In this document: positions 16,069 through 22,710 of the stretch, piece after piece
How the letters are laid out: each line of letters starts with the position of its first letter
Numbering within the stretch: the first letter of the stretch is position 1
Assembly (NCBI GenBank): GCA_017554365.1
Contig: JAFZIM010000052.1
Span: 1-41,526, forward strand
Direction of reading: 5' to 3'
Source of the DNA: Alphaproteobacteria bacterium
GTDB lineage: Bacteria > Pseudomonadota > Alphaproteobacteria > Rs-D84
Length of the DNA: 41,526 nucleotides
Notes under the pieces: generated by a model
The model's database searches: none
Told to the model about the DNA's origin: nothing
Seen by the model: only the letters and a program-made list of their open reading frames with translations
Position numbers and translations under genes: made by a program

Positions 16069-16192
16069 TTGGTTGTGAATATTTGTATAAAATATTTTTT
16101 ATATCCAAATTTTTGATTTATATTTTTTGAAAAATTTTTTATCAAATTTCTTTCTTTTTCACTATAAAAGTGTTTTTTTTAATGCCTTTTTA

Positions 16193-16201
16193 TGTTATAA
16201 T
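16193..16201 (+). promoter_or_regulatory. Extended -10 promoter candidate for the P2-P3 operon
   Basis: TGtTATAAT at 16193-16201, about 30 nt upstream of the P2 ATG. No convincing -35 element. Confidence 0.35.
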
Positions 16202-16231
16202 TTACAAAGATTATAGTAGAGAGATTTTTTC

Positions 16232-18817
16232 ATGCCAAAAATATTTTATGCTTTGTTAATGTTGGTGGTTGTTATGCCTGAAAATGTCAGTGCGGCTGTG
16301 AATCGTGCGCGTGCTGGGGCTTCACAAAAAGTTGTTAATGCTGGAACCAAGGTTGCTGCTGCAACTAAATCAAATTTATTAGACAAAGATTGCGAAGAAT
16401 CTTTCTTTGGTTGTTTAGATGCTTTCTGTGTTGTTGAAAATGTTTCTGGGGGGCGTTGTGTTTGCAGTAATAAACATGCAGATTTGTCAGCACAACTTGA
16501 TGAAATTTTAAAAATGGACGAAGATGCCTATGCTATATCTACATACGGCGTTGAACATATAAATTTAGGTAAAGCAGCGGATAGCGTTATATCTGCTTCT
16601 GAAAAGGCATTTGATAAAGCAAAAAAAGATGCAGAAGACGAAGATTTAACAGAAAAGAAATCTGCTGAACCAGTTAAGAAAAAAACTCTCAGTTTTGATG
16701 AATGGAATAAATCTTTTGGTGGTGATGATGACGATGAAGATGAAGAAGAAACTGCATCACTTGATGAAGATGATATTTCAAATAAAAAGGGCGATGAATT
16801 ATATATTGCCGCTGCAAAAATGTGTTGGACTCAGGTGCCAGATAAATGTAAACCAAAAGAAGAAATGGCAAAAATGCTTTATACACAAAAAATCAAATCT
16901 GATTGTGCTGCATTTGAAAATAGTGTAAAGCAGAAAAGAACAGAAAGCACAAATAAACTTGAAACTGCAAAGAAAAATGTTCGTGATGCTGCGTTTGAAA
17001 GTTTACAAGCGTCTAATAAATTTGATATGGGACAATGTGCGATTGAATATGTTTCTTGTTTGCGTAAAGATGATATTTGTGGCAAAGATTTAACAAAATG
17101 TGTGACGTTGGCTGCAAATGAAAATGTGACAAAAGGCGAATCGGAACAAGTCGAAATCAAAGGCGAATTTTCAAGTATTTCTATTGCTGCTTCTACGATG
17201 GATTCTTTGAATGCAAAACGTGCAATGTGTGCCAGTGTGACAGACCAATGTTCTTCGGTTGATAAAGATGAATTGTGGACTTTGGTTTTGAAAAATATCG
17301 CACCTGAATTAAAGAATGCAGAATTAATTGCTGAATCTGATTTACGTGGTAATTGTTTAACAAATATTTCTGAATGTTATTTGAAAGCATGTAAAGATAA
17401 TATGGACCCAAAAGATCCTGATGGTTCATACGATATGTGTTTGGCAAGACCAGACAATTATAAATCTTTCTGTAAAGTTCAATTAGAACCATGTTTGGCT
17501 GCAACAGGTGGTTCGTATGATGATCCTGATTCATCAACTTTGTGGCGTGGGGTTTTAGCAAAATTAGCTGCAATGCGTGTTGATGCATGTACTGATGAAT
17601 TTAAATCTTGTTTACAAAGTGAAGACAGATGTGGCGAAGATTATTCACAATGTATTGGTCTTGACAATGATGATGTTGCGAAATTATGTCCAGAAGATAA
17701 ATTGCCTGCATGTTATAAAGAATACAATGGGAAAGTTGAAAGTGTTAATGAAACACTTGAAAGAATTGCCCAAGGTGTCATGTTAAATGTTGATAATGGT
17801 TTGTTGGCTGCATGTGAAAATGCTATCAATGAAGCAATGGTCAAGGTTTGTGGTGATGCTGAAAATTGTAATAAATTGGCAGTTGATAGTGGTATTGGTT
17901 CAAGAACTTTGAAATTAGAATATTGTGAAACAACTGACGAAGGTTATGTAAATTGTAAACAAGATGTTGGTTTAATTACAGATATTGAATTGGGTAAAAC
18001 AACACGTGATTCTAATTTAAAAACTACCAAGCATGATATTCATTTCTTTTCAGGTGTATATCGTGGTGTGATAGATTGGAGTGCTATATCAGTCAATGAT
18101 GATGTTAGTGGTATTACAGATTATGATGAATATGCTGAAAAAGCGGCTGATAGTTTAAAGAATATGAATGAAGATGAAAAAACAAGAATTAAATCTGAAA
18201 TTGGTTCATTAGCCAGTGCTATTAAGAATGCAATATCTGCTGTAGAATCTGATCCAAAAATTCAATTCTGCACCACAGGTCGTCAGGTTGAAGGTTTGGC
18301 GAATGATGAAGGATTTACACAAAAAATAGGCAAGGGTAATAATCCTTCTTTCCCAAATATTACACAAACTATGCGTAATATGATTGTGAATTCTGCATTA
18401 CAGCAAGCACGTGAAAATTACAATAAAAAATTGTCTGAATTGGAAAAGCAGGAAGCCGAAGAATCACAAGGTTTGGCAAGCCGTATTGCACAAATCAGTG
18501 GTGAAAATGAAAAAGTTGTGAAGCAAGATATGGCAAGAAAAGCATGTATTGCTTTGGCTGAAAAAGATAAACTTGGTGAATCTGTTGGTAGTTCCGTGAA
18601 GAAAGCGATTGAACGTGTTTCTGGTAGCGATGGTAAATTAACAGGACATAGTGCTGAATCTTCTTATAATTACAAAAGAAGTATTACTACTACATTTAAT
18701 TTGGAAGATATGATTTGTCATAAATGTATCAGAACACAACATTGTGAAAAGACAAAAACAAGTTATTGTAAACAATGGGGTGAAGAAGTAGAAACCTGTG
18801 AAGACATACATTATTAA
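16232..18817 (+). CDS. P2: secreted cysteine-rich protein, same paralogous family (861 aa)
   Basis: Signal peptide MPKIFYALLMLVVVMPENVSA. Signature CEESFFGCLDAFCVVENVSGGRCVC at 16391-16465. 38 Cys by hand count. C-terminal tail CHKCIRTQHCEKTKTSYCKQWGEEVETCEDIHY. Confidence 0.92.
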   Translation: MPKIFYALLMLVVVMPENVSAAVNRARAGASQKVVNAGTKVAAATKSNLLDKDCEESFFGCLDAFCVVENVSGGRCVCSNKHADLSAQLDEILKMDEDAYAISTYGVEHINLGKAADSVISASEKAFDKAKKDAEDEDLTEKKSAEPVKKKTLSFDEWNKSFGGDDDDEDEEETASLDEDDISNKKGDELYIAAAKMCWTQVPDKCKPKEEMAKMLYTQKIKSDCAAFENSVKQKRTESTNKLETAKKNVRDAAFESLQASNKFDMGQCAIEYVSCLRKDDICGKDLTKCVTLAANENVTKGESEQVEIKGEFSSISIAASTMDSLNAKRAMCASVTDQCSSVDKDELWTLVLKNIAPELKNAELIAESDLRGNCLTNISECYLKACKDNMDPKDPDGSYDMCLARPDNYKSFCKVQLEPCLAATGGSYDDPDSSTLWRGVLAKLAAMRVDACTDEFKSCLQSEDRCGEDYSQCIGLDNDDVAKLCPEDKLPACYKEYNGKVESVNETLERIAQGVMLNVDNGLLAACENAINEAMVKVCGDAENCNKLAVDSGIGSRTLKLEYCETTDEGYVNCKQDVGLITDIELGKTTRDSNLKTTKHDIHFFSGVYRGVIDWSAISVNDDVSGITDYDEYAEKAADSLKNMNEDEKTRIKSEIGSLASAIKNAISAVESDPKIQFCTTGRQVEGLANDEGFTQKIGKGNNPSFPNITQTMRNMIVNSALQQARENYNKKLSELEKQEAEESQGLASRIAQISGENEKVVKQDMARKACIALAEKDKLGESVGSSVKKAIERVSGSDGKLTGHSAESSYNYKRSITTTFNLEDMICHKCIRTQHCEKTKTSYCKQWGEEVETCEDIHY

Positions 18818-18819
18818 AG

Positions 18820-21552
18820 ATGAAAAATATTTTGAAATTCTTATTGTTAGCAATTGTATGTTGCATGTTTAATGCAGATGGTTTCGCTGCACGTGCACCT
18901 GTGAAATCAAGCAATCAAAATAAACCTGTACAAAAAGCACGTGCTGCTTCGGGTCAAAAGGCAATAAATTTAGGAACAAAAATTCAGGTTGCAACAACCA
19001 CATCTTCGCCATGTCAGGAAAAATACGATGCGTGTATGGATACTGGGTGTGTGATGGATAATGATTCCGGTGGTCGTTGTTTGTGTTCTGATCAATACAA
19101 AGATTTAAGTGATAAATTAGAAGAATTAAAAAAGAAAGATGCTGATACTTACAAAATCGCAAATATTGCCAAAGCAAGCATAGAAGATGGCGAAGATGTT
19201 GATGAAGCCATGGATTCCATCTTTGGTGATGAAGAAAGTGATTTCGATGTTAGCCCGGCTTCATCAGGTGCAACTGGGGATAAATTGCGTGCAGAAATGC
19301 ATAATATTTGTATTGAAAAAATACCTGAATGTAAATTGCAATTTGTTTTGGTTAAAAATATGTATATTCAGAAAATCAAATCAGATTGTGCCGCTTTTGA
19401 TAATGCTTTGCGGGAACAAAGTATCGCAAGCAAAGAAAAAAGGGCAGAAGCAAAAAAAATGGTGCGTGAAGCAGCCCTTGAAAAATATGAAGAAAATAAC
19501 AAATATGATTTGGGTCAATGTACAATTGAATTCACAAAATGTATAAAAACAACTGCTGAATGTGGCAATGATTTTACTGGCTGTGTTGATAGTGTTGGTA
19601 AAGATAAAATTTATGGCAAAGACATAGATGTATTTACTATCAAAGGTGAAAATTCTTCTGTGGTAATTGCTAAATCAACATACGAAATGTTGGAAAGTAA
19701 AAAATTAATTTGCGAAAGTGTTTTGAAAAATTGTGTTGATGTCAAAGACGAAGTTTGGAACGCGTTTTTGGCAAATTCTGCACCTGAAATAAAATTGGCA
19801 GAAAATAAATCAGAATCAAATATTCGTTCGTCTTGTTTGGAAAATATTTCAAATTGTTTTATTAATGCGTGCAAAGATAGTATCGAAGGTGATGACAAAG
19901 AATCTTATGATATGTGTTTGACACGTCCTGAAACGATGAAATCTTTGTGTCGTGTTCAAATGGAACCATGTTTGGCTGCAACTGGTGGTTCGTATGATGA
20001 ACCTGAAAAATCAACTTTATGGCCAAGCGTTTTAGCAAAATTATCTGCTATGCGTGCTGATTCTTGCACTGAAGAAATGAAAGAATGTATGCAAAGTGAA
20101 GACAGATGTGGCCCAGATTATGCAAATTGTATTGGGTTGGATACAAATATAATTATGCGTATGTGCCCGTATGATAAATTGCCTGGCTGTCAAAAAGTTT
20201 ATGGTGAAGATAAAATCCAAGGCGATGAAATTTATGACGAAGTTGCCAGAATTATCGAAGGCGTAATATTAAATATTGATAATGATTTATTAAAGGTTTG
20301 TGAAAATGCTGCTGAAACAGCAATGACAAAAGTTTGTGGTTCTGCTGAAAGTTGTGAGGTTTATGCAGCAGGTGGAAAAATTGGCGCACAATCTTTGAAA
20401 TATCAGGTTTGCCAATATTCAACAGATTCCCCAGATTCAACCGAAGGTTTCAAATGGTTCGATTGTCGCGAAAGTTTAGATCAAATATCTGATGCTGAAT
20501 TGGGACGTGTACAAGACGCCAAAAATGAAGAATTGGGTAATGTAAAACCATTTGCTGGTGTTATATCTGGTGTTATTAAATGGGAATCAGTAGAAATAAC
20601 AGACGATGGTTTAATTGATATAGATAAATATATGGAAGCATTAGAAAAAGAAAAAATCACAGAAGAAGAACGTGTTCGTGTCAAAGCAGAAATAGAGCAG
20701 GTGCAATCAGATATTAATCGTGTTATTTCATCTGTGGAACAAGACCAATGGTTGCAATTTTGTATTTCGGGTCGTCATATAACGGGCGTGACGGACAGAT
20801 TTGCGGATAATAAAGTACGTTTTCCAAAATTGGCAAATAATGTCCGTAAACAAATTGCTACCGCTGCATTACATCAGGCAAAAGAAAATTATTATGCCGA
20901 ATATGATAAATTATCCGCACAAATGCAACAAGATTTGGTGACAATAAGCGAAAGATTGGCAAATAACTTAAAAGAAAATGGCAAAGATGCTAAAAAAGCA
21001 GCGGCACGTGAGGCATGTGTTAATTTAGCTGCTGTGTCAGCATTTGCCAAAGCACCAGTCGGTCAATCTTTGTGGGCAAAGATTATTGTTGGTATAATTG
21101 TTGTTGCTGCGATTATTGTTGCAACAGTGTTTACATGTGGTGTTGCTGGTGGTGCTTCACTTGGATTTTTAGCAGGTGTTGCTACTGGTTCAATGATAAC
21201 TTCGGTGGTAGGGACTATTTCGGCAACGGGGGCTTTGATTGCGGCGTCAACTGCGACTGCCGTTGCTGGTGCCGCGGGAATTTCAGCAGCAGTTGATGCT
21301 GGTATAAATGCAACAACTGATAATAGTAAAATAGCAGCAGGAGAACAAACACAAAATCATGGTGAATATGCGGCGAATGAATGGAATTATCAAGAAAAAA
21401 TAACAACAGATTTTGATAATGATACAATGATTTGTAAGAAATGTGTTGTGAATCGTAAGTGTCGTTCTACAAAATGGTCTATATTCCGTGATAGATATTG
21501 TTCTAGTTGGGATCCTTATAGTGAACCAAGATGTACTGAAATTCAATTCTAA
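18820..21552 (+). CDS. P3: cysteine-rich protein of the same family with a C-proximal Gly/Ala-rich hydrophobic (glycine-zipper-like) region (910 aa)
   Basis: ATG lies 2 nt after the P2 stop, which suggests translational coupling. Signal peptide MKNILKFLLLAIVCCMFNADGFA. Signature CQEKYDACMDTGCVMDNDSGGRCLC at 19012-19086. Hydrophobic region at about 21073-21300. Tail CKKCVVNRKC…CSSWDPYSEPRCTEIQF. Confidence 0.92.
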   Translation: MKNILKFLLLAIVCCMFNADGFAARAPVKSSNQNKPVQKARAASGQKAINLGTKIQVATTTSSPCQEKYDACMDTGCVMDNDSGGRCLCSDQYKDLSDKLEELKKKDADTYKIANIAKASIEDGEDVDEAMDSIFGDEESDFDVSPASSGATGDKLRAEMHNICIEKIPECKLQFVLVKNMYIQKIKSDCAAFDNALREQSIASKEKRAEAKKMVREAALEKYEENNKYDLGQCTIEFTKCIKTTAECGNDFTGCVDSVGKDKIYGKDIDVFTIKGENSSVVIAKSTYEMLESKKLICESVLKNCVDVKDEVWNAFLANSAPEIKLAENKSESNIRSSCLENISNCFINACKDSIEGDDKESYDMCLTRPETMKSLCRVQMEPCLAATGGSYDEPEKSTLWPSVLAKLSAMRADSCTEEMKECMQSEDRCGPDYANCIGLDTNIIMRMCPYDKLPGCQKVYGEDKIQGDEIYDEVARIIEGVILNIDNDLLKVCENAAETAMTKVCGSAESCEVYAAGGKIGAQSLKYQVCQYSTDSPDSTEGFKWFDCRESLDQISDAELGRVQDAKNEELGNVKPFAGVISGVIKWESVEITDDGLIDIDKYMEALEKEKITEEERVRVKAEIEQVQSDINRVISSVEQDQWLQFCISGRHITGVTDRFADNKVRFPKLANNVRKQIATAALHQAKENYYAEYDKLSAQMQQDLVTISERLANNLKENGKDAKKAAAREACVNLAAVSAFAKAPVGQSLWAKIIVGIIVVAAIIVATVFTCGVAGGASLGFLAGVATGSMITSVVGTISATGALIAASTATAVAGAAGISAAVDAGINATTDNSKIAAGEQTQNHGEYAANEWNYQEKITTDFDNDTMICKKCVVNRKCRSTKWSIFRDRYCSSWDPYSEPRCTEIQF

Positions 21553-21555
21553 ATT

Positions 21556-21579
21556 AAAAACACCCGATTGGGTGTTTTT
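21556..21579. terminator. Bidirectional rho-independent terminator between P3 and the convergent 330-aa gene
   Basis: AAAAACACCC (21556-21565) / GGGTGTTTTT (21570-21579), loop GATT. A/T runs on both sides. Confidence 0.75.
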
Positions 21580-22572
21580 TTATTCTAATTCTTCCAAATT
21601 CTTTACAACACGTATTCCCATTGATTCAAATTTTTTTATTGTTTCGTCTATGTCCATTATATTTTGTGAACGTAAATATATTGTTGGAATAAATGGCGTG
21701 TCTTTTGATAATGTTAATAATTTTTGTATTGGTGATTCTTTCTGTTTGCCTGCTGCAAACCATGTGTCATCGTCCATTATCCAAAAATCTTCATCACTAT
21801 GTTCGTAAATTAAATTTTTATCAGAGCAAACAAATTCATCAATGATTTCATAATTGATATGTTTTGCATCAAAATATTTTGTTGTGAAATTTTCTAATTT
21901 GTTTTCTTCTTTGGATGTTAATTCGTCATCAAAATTTATATCTTTGAATTGTGGAATTGATAAATCTTCATTCATATTTAATGAAAAATCATTTGCTGAA
22001 TTTTGGTCGTCATTATCAAAAGGTAAATCAAAATCAGTTGGTATTGGGAAATCTTCCGGTGTTGGTTCGTTATTTGTTGGTTTTGGTTTTGTGTCGTTGT
22101 CTGTTTTGTTATATACAGATACGGCCCCCATCAAAGATTGATGATGTTTTGCACGCATATATGGAACTTTTAATTCAGGTGGCATATCAGATGGAAATAT
22201 ATTTTCTTCCGATTCGGTTTCTTCTGTTTCTTTCTTTTCTTCTTCATCAGCCACCGGGGCAGGTTTAGAAAATTTTGTTTTTATAAATTCAAATATTTTA
22301 TCTATAAATGGAATTTTTATTAATGATGCTTTATTTTTATATACGTTTATTGATGTTGCAATATAAATTGGAATTGCTGTGTACATCAATGTCGCAAATA
22401 CAAAACCTGCAAAACCATGAAAAGATGCGTGAAAAAATTTCCACCAATGATTTGCTGAAAAAGCATCAAAATTGAATATATATTGCAAAATCAACCAAAG
22501 AATAAAAAAGTATTCTATGGTCCATTTTACCAATTCAATATTTGTTTTAAAAAATTCTTTTATCTTTTGCAT
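21580..22572 (-). CDS. Hypothetical membrane protein (330 aa): N-terminal TM helices, acidic disordered linker, C-terminal globular domain
   Basis: Hydrophobic stretches WTIEYFFILWLILQYIF and FAGFVFATLMYTAIPIYIATSI. These are followed by a D/E/P/T-rich stretch, then an ordered C-terminal domain of about 100 aa. No family recognised. Confidence 0.7.
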   Translation of the reverse strand: MQKIKEFFKTNIELVKWTIEYFFILWLILQYIFNFDAFSANHWWKFFHASFHGFAGFVFATLMYTAIPIYIATSINVYKNKASLIKIPFIDKIFEFIKTKFSKPAPVADEEEKKETEETESEENIFPSDMPPELKVPYMRAKHHQSLMGAVSVYNKTDNDTKPKPTNNEPTPEDFPIPTDFDLPFDNDDQNSANDFSLNMNEDLSIPQFKDINFDDELTSKEENKLENFTTKYFDAKHINYEIIDEFVCSDKNLIYEHSDEDFWIMDDDTWFAAGKQKESPIQKLLTLSKDTPFIPTIYLRSQNIMDIDETIKKFESMGIRVVKNLEELE

Positions 22573-22672
22573 ACTTAAATTATAGACAATATAAATAATT
22601 TGTCAATAGTATATTAGATAAAAAATAATAAATACAAATTATTAAAAAACTCTTTTTTTCAAGTCGTTTGTA

Positions 22673-22681
22673 TGATATAAT
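22673..22681 (+). promoter_or_regulatory. Extended -10 promoter candidate for P7
   Basis: TGaTATAAT at 22673-22681, about 30 nt upstream of the ATG at 22711. Confidence 0.35.
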
Positions 22682-22710
22682 AATTTCATAAGAATTTGGG
22701 GGAAAGTAGT

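Noticed and set aside
21072-21296. Alternate-frame 74-aa ORF extremely rich in Cys and Trp (…CWYNCCCCDYCCNSVYMWCCWWC…), which looks superficially like a small Cys-rich peptide.
   Set aside because: It is the +1 reading of the GGT/GCT/GTT-rich DNA encoding the Gly/Ala hydrophobic region of P3. It has no ribosome-binding site and lies fully inside a well-supported long CDS.
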